Below, in pieces: positions 49,235 to 59,782 of a DNA stretch of 64,000 nt. Source of the DNA: Candidatus Binatia bacterium (GTDB lineage: Bacteria > Desulfobacterota > Binatia > Bin18). A program made the position numbers and the translations under genes. Position 1 is the first letter of the stretch. Each line of letters opens with the position of its first letter. Below the pieces are notes generated by a model that was not told the DNA's origin, did no database searches, and was given only the letters and a program-made list of their open reading frames with translations. The stretch lies in contig OY729511.1 of the NCBI GenBank assembly GCA_963422435.1, positions 3,850,105 to 3,914,104 of the forward strand, read 5' to 3'.

Positions 49235-49732
49235 ATGAAAAAACTGAGTCATACCGACTCCCAGGGTCGCGCCCGGATGGTCGATGTGGGGGCGAAATCC
49301 GCGACCGAGCGGGAGGCCATTGCGACCGGTACTGTCCATATGCGCCCGGAGACGCTGCGACTCATTACGACGGGTCAGATACCCAAAGGTGATCCCCTCG
49401 CGGTCGCTCGTGTCGCTGGTATCATGGCGGCCAAGAAAACGCCGGACCTCATCCCGCTGTGTCATCCGCTGCTCATATCCTCAGTGCGTATTGAATGTAC
49501 GCCGGACGAAGCAAGCGGCCGCATTGACATTGAGGCGCGGGTCAAAGTCAACGGACAAACCGGAGTGGAAATGGAAGCTCTGACTGCGGTTTCCGTCACT
49601 GCACTGACCATCTATGATATGTGTAAAGCCGTGGAAAAGGACATGGTCATCTCGGACATCAGCCTCAAACACAAGAGGGGCGGAAAAAGCGGCACCTACG
49701 TCAGAGCGGCCCCTCCCCATCGACCGGAATGA
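49235..49732 (+). CDS. moaC: Cyclic pyranopterin monophosphate synthase
   Basis: [21 protein letters not shown]...IPLCHPL...[20 protein letters not shown]. Confidence 0.9.
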   Translation: MKKLSHTDSQGRARMVDVGAKSATEREAIATGTVHMRPETLRLITTGQIPKGDPLAVARVAGIMAAKKTPDLIPLCHPLLISSVRIECTPDEASGRIDIEARVKVNGQTGVEMEALTAVSVTALTIYDMCKAVEKDMVISDISLKHKRGGKSGTYVRAAPPHRPE

Positions 49733-49852
49733 CCCGTGCGTCATCCCTTCTGACCGAGAAAAACCACTCCAATACCGGGCTCCGAGCAGGGAGGGGATTG
49801 AATTTCCCCGGGGAAAATGGAACCCTGGACCGACAGCCGATAGGAGCCCACC

Positions 49853-50467
49853 ATGAAGAGCCGCCCGTCTGCAAAGCCTGCCAAGAAGAAGACAGAAAGT
49901 ACGACGACGGTGAAATCTACAAAAAAACCAGTGAAAAAGCTGGTCAGAACCGCTGCCAAACAAAAAACAGTCGCGAAAAAGAGCAAAACAGCCGCTAAGA
50001 AAAAAACACCAGCCTCAGCAGCCGCCAAGACACTTCCTGCGGAGCCTGCTGAGGTGAAAACCGAGCCCCCCCCCACTCCCTCTCCCCCACCAGAGCCTGT
50101 CGCTCCTCCGGTTCCCCCTCCCCAAGCGTCCGACCAGGAAATCGGAGAGGAATCGTCACCAGCCGCGGCATCTCCCGTCTTTGTGAAGCGAGACCTGACC
50201 GGACCGGATGGGAGCATCCGTCCCGGCTGGGAAATGTGGATTGGCGATCATTGTTTCGGGCGGGCAGATAGCAAGGACTTGCTGCTGGCAAGCTTTGAAC
50301 GGCTCCAGAGTCCGCCGAGCAGTTTTCACTGGCGTGAAGTCCGTAATCGGATGCCGATGCGTGGCCGCGCAAAACGGCCCGTGGCTGCACAGGATACGGG
50401 GCAGGTAGCAGACAATGGTGGGGAACTGCTTGATGACGGCGTTGGGAAAACACAGGACGTTTCGTAA
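49853..50467 (+). CDS. Lys/Ala/Pro-rich histone-H1-like N-terminal tail fused to an unknown C-terminal domain
   Basis: AKPAKKKTES...KKPVKKLVRTAAKQKTVAKKSKTAAKKK, then a Pro-rich linker and a ~90-aa globular-looking region. SD AGGAGC upstream. The antisense ORF is Phe/Gly-rich and looks artefactual. Confidence 0.45.
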   Translation: MKSRPSAKPAKKKTESTTTVKSTKKPVKKLVRTAAKQKTVAKKSKTAAKKKTPASAAAKTLPAEPAEVKTEPPPTPSPPPEPVAPPVPPPQASDQEIGEESSPAAASPVFVKRDLTGPDGSIRPGWEMWIGDHCFGRADSKDLLLASFERLQSPPSSFHWREVRNRMPMRGRAKRPVAAQDTGQVADNGGELLDDGVGKTQDVS

Positions 50468-50588
50468 GACCGGCGCGCCGACGCACTCGACACGCAGGAA
50501 AAAAGACTGCGCAGATATAGCGGGGGAAGACAACAGGGGGAAGAGCAGAGCTGTCTCCGCTATGGCTCCGCTCTTCCCCCTGTCCGGT

Positions 50589-50909
50589 CTAACCTTGAGA
50601 CAAGGTCTTCAGATCTTCGGCCCAGTTTTCGTACGGGCGCAGGGGCAGCATTTCAACGTCTGAGACGATATGCGCGTAGCCGAGCTGCCAGATCGGCAGC
50701 CCATTGATCGCCTGGTCAAGCATATCGCCTGACTCCACATCCATAATCACCACCACCTCGGGTTTGCCCGCAACCTTCCAAATCCCTTTAATAACGCCGG
50801 CTTCCTTCGCTCCTAGGGCAGCTTCGGACTCCTTCCGCCAGACGGTGTAAAAGTCTTTATTCGACATATCAGCGGGTTTGTTAATCCTCGCCTTGAACAT
50901 GAGCAGCAT
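50589..50909 (-). CDS. Muconolactone delta-isomerase family protein
   Basis: MLLMFKARINKPADMS...; ~106 aa, the right size and N-terminal pattern for CatC-like ferredoxin-fold isomerases. Confidence 0.6.
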   Translation of the reverse strand: MLLMFKARINKPADMSNKDFYTVWRKESEAALGAKEAGVIKGIWKVAGKPEVVVIMDVESGDMLDQAINGLPIWQLGYAHIVSDVEMLPLRPYENWAEDLKTLSQG

Positions 50910-51046
50910 ACCGGTCTCCTTTCGTGTGCAATACGCTGACACGACCTATACCGACCTGCTCCGCATTCGTCAAATATATCTCACCCAACGCTCTCACATG
51001 AGTCCATATTTTCCGCGAACAGTGGAAAAGTGAGGGGCGATCAGGT

Positions 51047-52873
51047 ATGGGTGCGTGTATCTCTATGACAACAATATCTCGTGCGTTCTGGGCCTCTGCC
51101 CCACAAGGGGCGGGAGCCAACCACACACCAAGCGAGAAAATTCTGGCCCGGCTGCGCTGGCTCGCTTTAGGGGTCGGGGTCGGAGTTCTCTGGTTCAATC
51201 CACCTACCCTCTCCCAAACCGTTACACAATACTGTCTTCTCGGCAGCGTCCTGTACTGCTTGCTCGGTCAATATTTTGCCTATCGTCACTATAAAGGGAC
51301 GCCGTTGCCGTTTCCCATTGGGCTGAGTGATGTGGTCTTTATCGCCGTGCTGTGTGGCGTCAGTGGCGGCCTGTTGAGCCCGCTGTCTGTCTATTTGTAT
51401 GGACTCACCCTGATCGCAGCGCTCCGCTTTGGCTGGCAGGCAGGTTGTGGTATGGCACTCGCTGCGAGTGCAGCCTCAGGGCTGCTGCTCTTCCTTGTTC
51501 CCCCGCCGTCCGCCTCAATTCCTGAGCTCTACTCCAGCCTCGCCTTTCGCTGTACCCTGCTTTTTGGCATTGCCGGTCTGGCAGGCCTTTTTTCTGCACC
51601 ACGTCCCTCGCAGGACAGCCTTCCGAAAGCGGCTCCAGACCCTCAGCACGCCGATCAAATCGAGGCCCTTCAAGAGAAGCTCGCACTCTTGGAAATTGAC
51701 CCGCTCCTCCAACAGTTGGTTGAGGAAGTGTTGCGACGTATTCCCTGCCGCGGGGCGGGCGTTGTTCTTCTTGACCCGGACACCCAGGCGTGTGTCAAGG
51801 TCAAAACGGCAGGGTCTTTTCCGATGCTTGTCCCTGCTACGTGGGATCGTTCCTTTGCCAAAGGCGGGCCCCTACGGGCGGCTCTCACCCTTGGTCTCAA
51901 CGTCCTCAATACCTCGCAGGATATTTATGCGTGCTTGCAAGCGCTCTCTGAAAAAGAGCTGGCACAGCGACAGCTCCTTATCCATCCGCTTGGCAGTGAC
52001 TCGTTCCTCGGCTGTTTTCTTCTGTCTGATAGAAAGCAGCCCGGCGGCTTTCGTCTCCAAGACAGCGAGGTTCTCACGGACATTGCGCAATATGCTCTCC
52101 CTGTCGTGCAGCGCGCCTCCACACTTGCCGAGGCCCGTCGGTCGGTGAGGGAACTGCGTGGTCTTCTCCACGCCGTGCTCAACGCGCAAGAAGGAGAACG
52201 CCAGCGCATTGTCAGTGAATGGCATCACCAGATAGAAGAACGGCTCTTTCGCATTTTTCAGGACTTTCACGGTTTTCAGGAATTCGTCCTGCAACATGCT
52301 CCCGCGGGTCGTGAGCGCGTGAGCAAGCTTGCCGCTGAACTGGATACGGTCTCCGGGCTCGTCCGTCAGTTTACCGACGGATTGTTGCCACCGGTGCTTG
52401 AAGACTTCGGCCTTGTGCCGGCACTCCGCGCCTATGTGACCGACCTGCAGGAACACGAACCCTTTGAGGTGGCCATGCAGGCAGATGACGGGGACCGGTC
52501 CCTTCCGACCCAAACCAGCCGCACGCTCTTTCGCATTACCCAGGAAGCCCTCCACAATGTCCAGCGACACGCCAAAGCCAACCAAGTGCAGATTGCCCTG
52601 ACCTTCGAGCAGCAGGGCGTGTCCCTGATGATTAAAGATGACGGGCAGGGTTTTCAGCCGGAACAGTCCGTTCCTGGCCATTACGGCCTGCTCTATATGC
52701 GCGAACAGGCCGTCTCCTGTGGCGGACGTTTTTCGGTGCAAAGCCAGCACGGTCGCGGTACCGAGGTCCGGGTGGAACTCCCCATCACGGAAGATTCTGC
52801 CCCGGCGCCTGCCACAAACGCAGGGAGCTTTCCGCCGGCACCGGCCGTCGCCCCGGCCGTGTCCGAGTCATAG
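51047..52873 (+). CDS. Sensor histidine kinase (membrane N-terminal domain, GAF-like region, HisKA_3 plus HATPase_c)
   Basis: N-terminal TM helices; H-box region EGERQRIVSEWHHQIEERL; ATPase N/G boxes (NVQRHAKANQVQI, IKDDGQGF, GLLYMRE). Confidence 0.8.
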   Translation: MGACISMTTISRAFWASAPQGAGANHTPSEKILARLRWLALGVGVGVLWFNPPTLSQTVTQYCLLGSVLYCLLGQYFAYRHYKGTPLPFPIGLSDVVFIAVLCGVSGGLLSPLSVYLYGLTLIAALRFGWQAGCGMALAASAASGLLLFLVPPPSASIPELYSSLAFRCTLLFGIAGLAGLFSAPRPSQDSLPKAAPDPQHADQIEALQEKLALLEIDPLLQQLVEEVLRRIPCRGAGVVLLDPDTQACVKVKTAGSFPMLVPATWDRSFAKGGPLRAALTLGLNVLNTSQDIYACLQALSEKELAQRQLLIHPLGSDSFLGCFLLSDRKQPGGFRLQDSEVLTDIAQYALPVVQRASTLAEARRSVRELRGLLHAVLNAQEGERQRIVSEWHHQIEERLFRIFQDFHGFQEFVLQHAPAGRERVSKLAAELDTVSGLVRQFTDGLLPPVLEDFGLVPALRAYVTDLQEHEPFEVAMQADDGDRSLPTQTSRTLFRITQEALHNVQRHAKANQVQIALTFEQQGVSLMIKDDGQGFQPEQSVPGHYGLLYMREQAVSCGGRFSVQSQHGRGTEVRVELPITEDSAPAPATNAGSFPPAPAVAPAVSES

Positions 52874-53005
52874 TCGCGCCCACGCTGTCGCGGCCCTAGT
52901 CTCACCGGAGCGCGCCCGCTCCGTATTGCGCTTCACATTCTTCGGCAGACCCGATAGCATAGCGCCCCAGCACGGTACCGGCTCGACGAGACGGGAGTTT
53001 GTCAC

Positions 53006-54136
53006 ATGAAGTTTCACCTTTTCATCTATGCCACCCTAGGCCGTCGTCACGAACTCGAAGCGGGCATGGCGGGCAAGCGGCCCGAACTCTATCAGCGCAT
53101 GCTGAGTGAAGTGGCAGAGTATGTCCAGTTTGCGGACGAAGTGGGCTATGCCGGCTTTGGGCATCCCGAACATCATCTGCAAATCGAAGGCTTTGAGGCC
53201 AGTAATGAGCCGGGCTTATTGTCCATGTGGATTGGCCAGCACAGCAAAAAGCTCCGCGTGAATATGGTCGGCTGGGTCGCGCCGACGCATAATCCTGTTC
53301 GCACGGCAGAGTATATTGCGACCCTCGACCACATGCTCAAAGGCCGTTTGGCAGTCGGCATGGTGCGAGGCTACCAGGCGCGCTGGGTGCATAATTTTCG
53401 GATCCGTCCTGACCTGAACGCAGTCGGCGAATGGAATCGCAATTCGGAAGACGACAATATGAACCGCGAATATTTTCGTGAGTTCGTCGAAGTGGTACTC
53501 ACCGCTCTGAAAGAAGACACCTTCAGCTATCAGGGCAAATACTGGACGATTCCGCCTGAGGACTTTGTCAATCCGCACCCACAGGGGGTGTATACGCACT
53601 ATGGAACGGGCGTAGATGCGGATATGCGTATCCGCGAGATTGGTATTGCGCCTAAACCGTACCAGGACCCGCACTCGCCCATCTACGGCGGTTTCACCCA
53701 TAGCCTGCGCACGGCACTCTTCTGGGCACGCTACGGAGGCAAGCCGATTGTCCTGGCCTCAGACCTCGATTTCTGTCAACGACTGTGGTCCGGCTATCAC
53801 GACGAGGCGCTGAAACACGGGCATGATGTTCAGCCCGGAGACGAGGCCGCCTGGGGCGGCGCCATGATCTGCCATAAAAACATCGCGACGGCGCAGGAAT
53901 GGCTGACCGACCCCATGTGGATGTGGGACACTTGGTTTACTCCGTTCGGCCAGGGACATCCTGAGTTATTGGTTGGCGACCCGGATACGATTTCTCGCCG
54001 TATTGAAGCAGCCAGCAAGAAATTCCCCATCAAAGAGTGTTTTCTCCTCATCCAGCAAGGGATTCACGAGCGTGAACAGGTGCTCAGCTCGCTTGACCTG
54101 TTCGCCAACAAGGTCATGCCTCGCTTTGCCGACTAG
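53006..54136 (+). CDS. LLM-class flavin-dependent oxidoreductase
   Basis: 376 aa luciferase-like translation. Confidence 0.8.
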   Translation: MKFHLFIYATLGRRHELEAGMAGKRPELYQRMLSEVAEYVQFADEVGYAGFGHPEHHLQIEGFEASNEPGLLSMWIGQHSKKLRVNMVGWVAPTHNPVRTAEYIATLDHMLKGRLAVGMVRGYQARWVHNFRIRPDLNAVGEWNRNSEDDNMNREYFREFVEVVLTALKEDTFSYQGKYWTIPPEDFVNPHPQGVYTHYGTGVDADMRIREIGIAPKPYQDPHSPIYGGFTHSLRTALFWARYGGKPIVLASDLDFCQRLWSGYHDEALKHGHDVQPGDEAAWGGAMICHKNIATAQEWLTDPMWMWDTWFTPFGQGHPELLVGDPDTISRRIEAASKKFPIKECFLLIQQGIHEREQVLSSLDLFANKVMPRFAD

Positions 54137-54217
54137 AGCGCATCTGCTTTCCCGGGGTGTCCTCTCTCGTGCAGCGGGGTCACAGGGGACAGAGCGGCCC
54201 GACTGTCCTGGACGCAA

Positions 54218-56257
54218 ATGACTCCAACTGTTGGCATCGATATTGGGGGGACGTTCACTGACGTCCTCGTCCATGACGAAGGCGGCCCCGTCTTTCACAG
54301 GAAAATCCCGTCCGCCTCGGATCCGGCCGAGAGTCTTCAGGCGGCTTTTGCCGTCCTCCACACGCGGAATCTGCGTCCGAGCGCGCTCCTCTACAGCACG
54401 ACGCTGGCCACGAATGCCTTACTCCAACACCGCCTCCCGCGGGTCGGCCTGCTCATCACCGCCGGCTTTCGCCATATTTTGGAGTTGAACCAGCCCCAAC
54501 AAGGGCGAGATGACGGGTCCCCTTCGCCCCTTGCTTCTCGGCCAGTGGTGCCGCTTGAGGACATCCACGAGGTGACTGAACGTCTTGATGCCCAGGGGAA
54601 TGTACACATACCCATTGTCACAGAAGAGGTACCGGCAATAGCAGCCTGGTGTCATGCCCAAAACCTGAAGACCCTTGCCGTCTCGCTCTTGCACAGCGCT
54701 CGCAACCCTGAACCGGAGCGGCGGCTGAGAGCATTGCTGCTCGCGGCGGATCCCTCTCTACACGTGCGGCTCTCGTCCGATGTCCTGCCCGAACAACGCG
54801 AGTATGAGCGCACTGTAGCCACCTGTCTGAACGCGGCCCTCCAGTCATTGCTGGAAGCGCATCTCAATCGGGTCAGGTACAGCATGCAGGAGAGTGGCCT
54901 GCACCGGCCGCCGCTGATCATGCAGTCGTCCGGCGGGCTGCACAGCGGAGCGCGTGTCAGTCAGCGGCCTTTGACAATCGTTTCCTCGGGGCCCAGTGCG
55001 GCAGCAGTCGCCATGACCCGCGTTGGAGCCGCCAGCGGATTCTCCGATCTGGTCACGTTTGACATGGGCGGCACCTCAACCGATATCGCCCTCGTCCAGG
55101 CCGGGCAGCCTGTGCTCACCACGCACGGCCAGGTCGGCGGATATCCGCTCCGCACGCCTATGGTCGATATCACTTCTATTGGGGCGGGCGGTGGGTCCAT
55201 TGCCCAGGTGGACCCGGATACACGCTGGCGCGTTGGTCCGCTCAGCGCTGGTGCCGACCCCGGTCCGGTCTGTTATGGCAAAGGCGGGACACAGGTGACG
55301 GTCACTGATGCCAATCTCCTGCTGCATCGTCTGCCCGCGTCTCTGCTTGACGGGGCTCTTCCTCTTTCACAGGAAGCGGCCGCAAAAGCGCTCTTTGCCT
55401 TCGGACAGTCGCGCCACAAAAGCGCCATAGAAACCGCCCAAGATATCGTCCAATTGGTCAATCACACCATGTGTGGAGCCATCCGGCGTGTGTGTACGCA
55501 ACGCGGCCTCGATCCGCGGGAGGCGGTGTTGATCGCCGGAGGCGGAGCCGGTCCGCTGCACGCCGCCGATCTTGCCGCGTTGCTCGGCATTTCAACAGTT
55601 GTGATTCCAGCCCAGCCGGGGTTTGCCGCGCCCTTCGGCCTGTTCTATGCCGATATCCGGGAGGATTGTGCCGCGCCCGCACCGCCCGCCACCTCCGCGC
55701 TTGATCCCCAGCGGCTGACCCACCTCTTTACGCAGCTCGAACACCAGGCTGAGGCCGCCTTGAGCCAGCAACACCTACCGGGCGCAGCCAGGCAGTTCAG
55801 GCGGGCGGTGGACTTTCACTATGTTGATATGTCAACCCGTCTCACTATCGACCTTCCGCAGGGCAGGCTTACCAGCGATATTCTCCAGCAGGCAGTCACC
55901 CAGTTTCATCATAAGCACGAGCAGCTCTGCGGCTTTTCGTTTCAGGGCCGAAAAGAGGTCAGCCGGTCCACCCTGCGCATGACTGCCCTTGCGACGCGGC
56001 CAAAGCCGAGGCTACCCACGATTGCCGAACAGACCGGCCCCATGCAGCCGATAGACACCCGCTCGGTCTTCTTTTTTGAATCGCGCGGCTTTCAGACTTG
56101 TCCGGTCTATGCGCGGACGCACCTCGGGGCGGGGGCGGCCCTCACTGGCCCGGCGGTGGTTGAACAGTACGATGCCACCACACTCATCCCGCCGGACGGT
56201 CAGGCCACGGTCGATCGGTTTGGCACGCTGATTCTGAAGCCCACTATTGCCCAATAG
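54218..56257 (+). CDS. hyuA: Hydantoinase/oxoprolinase family A subunit, copy 1
   Basis: MTPTVGIDIGGTFTDV...; ~680 aa, with the acetate/sugar-kinase-like ATPase fold pattern of HyuA. Confidence 0.85.
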   Translation: MTPTVGIDIGGTFTDVLVHDEGGPVFHRKIPSASDPAESLQAAFAVLHTRNLRPSALLYSTTLATNALLQHRLPRVGLLITAGFRHILELNQPQQGRDDGSPSPLASRPVVPLEDIHEVTERLDAQGNVHIPIVTEEVPAIAAWCHAQNLKTLAVSLLHSARNPEPERRLRALLLAADPSLHVRLSSDVLPEQREYERTVATCLNAALQSLLEAHLNRVRYSMQESGLHRPPLIMQSSGGLHSGARVSQRPLTIVSSGPSAAAVAMTRVGAASGFSDLVTFDMGGTSTDIALVQAGQPVLTTHGQVGGYPLRTPMVDITSIGAGGGSIAQVDPDTRWRVGPLSAGADPGPVCYGKGGTQVTVTDANLLLHRLPASLLDGALPLSQEAAAKALFAFGQSRHKSAIETAQDIVQLVNHTMCGAIRRVCTQRGLDPREAVLIAGGGAGPLHAADLAALLGISTVVIPAQPGFAAPFGLFYADIREDCAAPAPPATSALDPQRLTHLFTQLEHQAEAALSQQHLPGAARQFRRAVDFHYVDMSTRLTIDLPQGRLTSDILQQAVTQFHHKHEQLCGFSFQGRKEVSRSTLRMTALATRPKPRLPTIAEQTGPMQPIDTRSVFFFESRGFQTCPVYARTHLGAGAALTGPAVVEQYDATTLIPPDGQATVDRFGTLILKPTIAQ

Positions 56258-56274
56258 GTCGAATTATTTATCTC

Positions 56275-57627
56275 ATGTCCATCCCCGCTCGACTCAACGC
56301 CCTGGCCAGCCGGCGCGCACAATACGTCTGGCATATCGGTCTCAACCTCTTTCTGCTCTTGGCAGCCTGTGCCATGTGGCAGTGGGTTACCTGGCGGGCG
56401 GTGTATCTGGTCGCCATGGTTCCGATTGCCATTGTCCCCTTCTCGTATGCCCGGCAACGTTTGCACGCCTCCTGCCGCAAGCTGCTTGGACCTGCTTCCC
56501 TGTCGCTCGGGCTCTTCAGCGTAGTCGGAATGATGTTCGATGCCATTATGGCGATGCAGATCCTGACTGCCCGGTCCGGCAGTCCGCTGCCGTTCTTGCA
56601 CGCGCCTGGTATCTCCTGGATCGGCGCTCTGTGGTATAGCGCCTATGGCCTCCTCCTGTTTGGTTATGCCGGTCTTGGCATTATTCGAGGATTCGTTCAA
56701 TTGGTGCAGCGCGTGAGCACATGGTTCATACGGCAACAGGCCCGGCACGCCCAGCACGATAATCTGCCCTCCCCCGAGCGGCGTCAATTCATGCAGCAGC
56801 TCGGTCTGCTGGGTGCGGGGGCACCGTTTTTCTTTTCGCTGTCGAGCCTCAAGCTCACCTATGATTTTCAGGTTGAGGAACGAGACTTGGTTCTGCCCGC
56901 CTGGCCCACGGCGCTCGACGGGCTGCGGGTCGCCCATTTGTCGGACATCCATGTGGGCGGGGCAATGGACCGTCCCAAGCTGCTCCACGTTGCCGCACTG
57001 ACGAATGCCGCCAGACCCGACCTCGTGCTGCATACCGGAGACTTTCTGACCCACCGGACCGGTGATTTTGACCTGCCGCTGTACGAGGCGCTGGCCCGGA
57101 TCAACGCACCGTACGGCCAGTGGGCCTGTTTGGGCAACCATGACTTCGACAATCCTCACCGCCTTGTCCGGTATTTACGCCAGGCCGGCGTGACCACCTT
57201 ACGTAATCGGGTGACGACGCTCTCGATTGACGGACAGCCCCTGGAACTCGCCGGCCTGGACTTCCTCTTCCAACGCTTTGATCGCGCCGTGCTCTACGAC
57301 CGCCTCATCAGTTCCTGGGGTCCCCGGCAGCCGGTCCCGCGTATTCTGCTCAACCACGACCCGCGCGCCTTTGTCACCCTGCCGGCGCGCTGTGCCGACC
57401 TGGTGTTGTCCGGCCATACCCACGGCGGACACGCCGGCATTCAACTGGGCAAGGACCGGGCACTGAGCGTTGTCGGCCTGCTCGGCATCCCTGATCAGGG
57501 ACTGTATCGTCATGCGGACATGCAGATGTTTGTCACCCGGTGTGTCGGGTTCTACGGCTATCCCATGCGGCTGGGGATTCCGCCAGAGATTGCAATCATG
57601 ACGCTCCGTTCGGCGCAAAAGACGTAA
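56275..57627 (+). CDS. Membrane-anchored metallophosphoesterase (calcineurin-like)
   Basis: ~6 N-terminal TM helices, then LSDIHVGG...GDF...GNHDF...SGHTHGG. Confidence 0.75.
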   Translation: MSIPARLNALASRRAQYVWHIGLNLFLLLAACAMWQWVTWRAVYLVAMVPIAIVPFSYARQRLHASCRKLLGPASLSLGLFSVVGMMFDAIMAMQILTARSGSPLPFLHAPGISWIGALWYSAYGLLLFGYAGLGIIRGFVQLVQRVSTWFIRQQARHAQHDNLPSPERRQFMQQLGLLGAGAPFFFSLSSLKLTYDFQVEERDLVLPAWPTALDGLRVAHLSDIHVGGAMDRPKLLHVAALTNAARPDLVLHTGDFLTHRTGDFDLPLYEALARINAPYGQWACLGNHDFDNPHRLVRYLRQAGVTTLRNRVTTLSIDGQPLELAGLDFLFQRFDRAVLYDRLISSWGPRQPVPRILLNHDPRAFVTLPARCADLVLSGHTHGGHAGIQLGKDRALSVVGLLGIPDQGLYRHADMQMFVTRCVGFYGYPMRLGIPPEIAIMTLRSAQKT

Positions 57628-57692
57628 CACCTAGTCCTTTCTCTGTAGACAGGTCCAGCCATGCACCCTACAGTAACACAAGGAGGGACAGT

Positions 57693-59756
57693 ATGACTTG
57701 GCGGTTAGCGGTAGACATTGGTGGGACGTTTACTGATGTCGTTGCGCTCGAAGAGAGGAGCGGGACGCTGCATTCAGCAAAAGTGCGCAGCACGCCGGAC
57801 GACCCGGCCCAGGGCTTTGTGAACGGCCTTGAGCATATCACGCAGCACGGGGAGATCGCGGCTCACGAGGTCAACGCGGTTTTTCACGGTACGACGGTTG
57901 CCACCAACGCCATCCTGGAGCGCAAGTATTCAGAGCTCGGTCTGATCATTACCGCCGGCTACCGGGAAGCCCTGGAGTGCGCCCGCCAGACCGTCCCCGG
58001 AGAATTTGGTGATATCACCTGGTGGATCAAACCGCCGCGGGTGGTGCCGCTCGAACGCATCCGTGAAATCAGCGCCCGGATGGACGTGCGGGGCACGGTC
58101 ACCCAGGAGTTGGACCGGGACGAAGTGGCGGCTATTGCCCAGGACTTCAAAGCGCGCGGCACTCAGGCCGTGGCCGTTTCGTTATTACACTCCTATCGCA
58201 ATCCAGAGCACGAGGAAGAAGTCCGACGCATTCTCCACGAGGTGTATCCGGACTGTTTTATTTCCATTTCGTCGGACATCTTACGCGAGTATCGTGAATA
58301 CGAGCGGACCAATACGACCTGCTTGAACACGGCCCTGATGCCCCTCCTGTCCGCGTATCACACCCGGATTGAACAGCACTTACGCGAACAGGACATCAGC
58401 GTGCCGTTTTACATCATGCGCTCAAGCGGCGGATTGGCCCAGGCCCAGGAGGTCGCCCGTTTGCCGATTGCCGCGGCCCTTTCCGGCCCGGCTGCGGGGG
58501 TAATTGCCGCTACCCATTTTGGCACGCTGAGCGGCTGCCAGGATATTATCACTTTCGATATGGGCGGCACCTCGGCTGATATCTGCCTGGTCGAGGGCGG
58601 CCAGCCGCGCATGTTGACGGAGGGAAAAGTCGATATCTATGACCTCAAAACGCCCATGATCGAGCTCCATACGGTTGGGGCCGGCGGCGGGTCGATTGCC
58701 TGGTTGGCGGGCGGACGAAGCCTGAAAGTAGGGCCGGACAGCGCGGGCGCGAATCCCGGGCCGGCCTGCTATGGTCGGGGCGGCAGCCAGCCGACGGTGA
58801 CGGACGCTAATCTGGTGCTGGGACGCATCACACCGACCATCGCCGGGGGAAGCGTTTCTCTGGATCTCGGTCAGGCAACCCAGGTTGTGGCCGAACTGGC
58901 CGCGGGCCTCACACTCGATACGATCGCCGCGGCAGAAGGCATTCTGCGCATAGCCGTTGAGAATATTGCTGCCGGCATTCGGACCGTTTCGGTGAAACGC
59001 GGACGCGACCCGCGTAGCTATGCCCTGGTCGCGTTTGGCGGAGCAGGACCGCTCCACGCCTGCTATCTTGCCGACTGGCTCGGTATGCAGCAGGTCATTA
59101 TCCCGCCCAACCCAGGCGTGACTTCGGCCTACGGCCTGCTGCTGACCGATGTGCGCGTGGACTTGGTGCATACGGATGTCCAGCGTGAGGACCGCCTGGA
59201 CGTAGACCGTATTGCGGCTGAAATTCAGGACCTGGAACGCCGTGTGACCGCCCGTCTGGAAGATGAAGGCTTGCTCACTCAGGAGACCCGACTCGATCAT
59301 TTTGTGGACATGCGGTACGCCGGCCAGGCCTACGAGATTCGGGTTCCACTCCCAATTGATTCGGCTACATCAGATATTCAAACCCATATTCAGCGCGCCA
59401 TCGTCGCTTTTCACGCCAGCCATAAGGACCTCTATGGCTATTCCTATGCAGGGAAGGAACTGGTCGAGTTGGTCAACGTAGGTGTCACCGGACTGGGACT
59501 GCTCAAACGCCCCCACGTGCCGCAAGCGCAACCGGCAGGCACGAGTCCGGAGCAGGCCCGGACGGGCCAGACCGCTGTCTACTTCTCCAAAAGCACGCTG
59601 GATACCCCAGTATACGATCGGTCGGCGCTGCAAACGGGCAACGAACTGAGCGGCCCGGCCATCCTCCAGCAGTACGACGCCACCACGGTTGTGGAGCCGG
59701 GCTGGAGTGGCCGGGTGGACCAGTGGGGGACGCTGCGGCTTGAGCGAACGCAATAA
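57693..59756 (+). CDS. hyuA: Hydantoinase/oxoprolinase family A subunit, copy 2
   Basis: MTWRLAVDIGGTFTDVV...; collinear with copy 1. Confidence 0.85.
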   Translation: MTWRLAVDIGGTFTDVVALEERSGTLHSAKVRSTPDDPAQGFVNGLEHITQHGEIAAHEVNAVFHGTTVATNAILERKYSELGLIITAGYREALECARQTVPGEFGDITWWIKPPRVVPLERIREISARMDVRGTVTQELDRDEVAAIAQDFKARGTQAVAVSLLHSYRNPEHEEEVRRILHEVYPDCFISISSDILREYREYERTNTTCLNTALMPLLSAYHTRIEQHLREQDISVPFYIMRSSGGLAQAQEVARLPIAAALSGPAAGVIAATHFGTLSGCQDIITFDMGGTSADICLVEGGQPRMLTEGKVDIYDLKTPMIELHTVGAGGGSIAWLAGGRSLKVGPDSAGANPGPACYGRGGSQPTVTDANLVLGRITPTIAGGSVSLDLGQATQVVAELAAGLTLDTIAAAEGILRIAVENIAAGIRTVSVKRGRDPRSYALVAFGGAGPLHACYLADWLGMQQVIIPPNPGVTSAYGLLLTDVRVDLVHTDVQREDRLDVDRIAAEIQDLERRVTARLEDEGLLTQETRLDHFVDMRYAGQAYEIRVPLPIDSATSDIQTHIQRAIVAFHASHKDLYGYSYAGKELVELVNVGVTGLGLLKRPHVPQAQPAGTSPEQARTGQTAVYFSKSTLDTPVYDRSALQTGNELSGPAILQQYDATTVVEPGWSGRVDQWGTLRLERTQ

Positions 59757-59782
59757 CGAAACGCATTCGACGGAGTGTCAGC

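Noticed and set aside
49741-50217. 158-aa minus-strand Phe/Gly-rich ORF
   Set aside because: Mirror-image artefact of the Lys-rich plus-strand gene (AAA/AAG read as TTT/CTT). The plus ORF has a proper SD.
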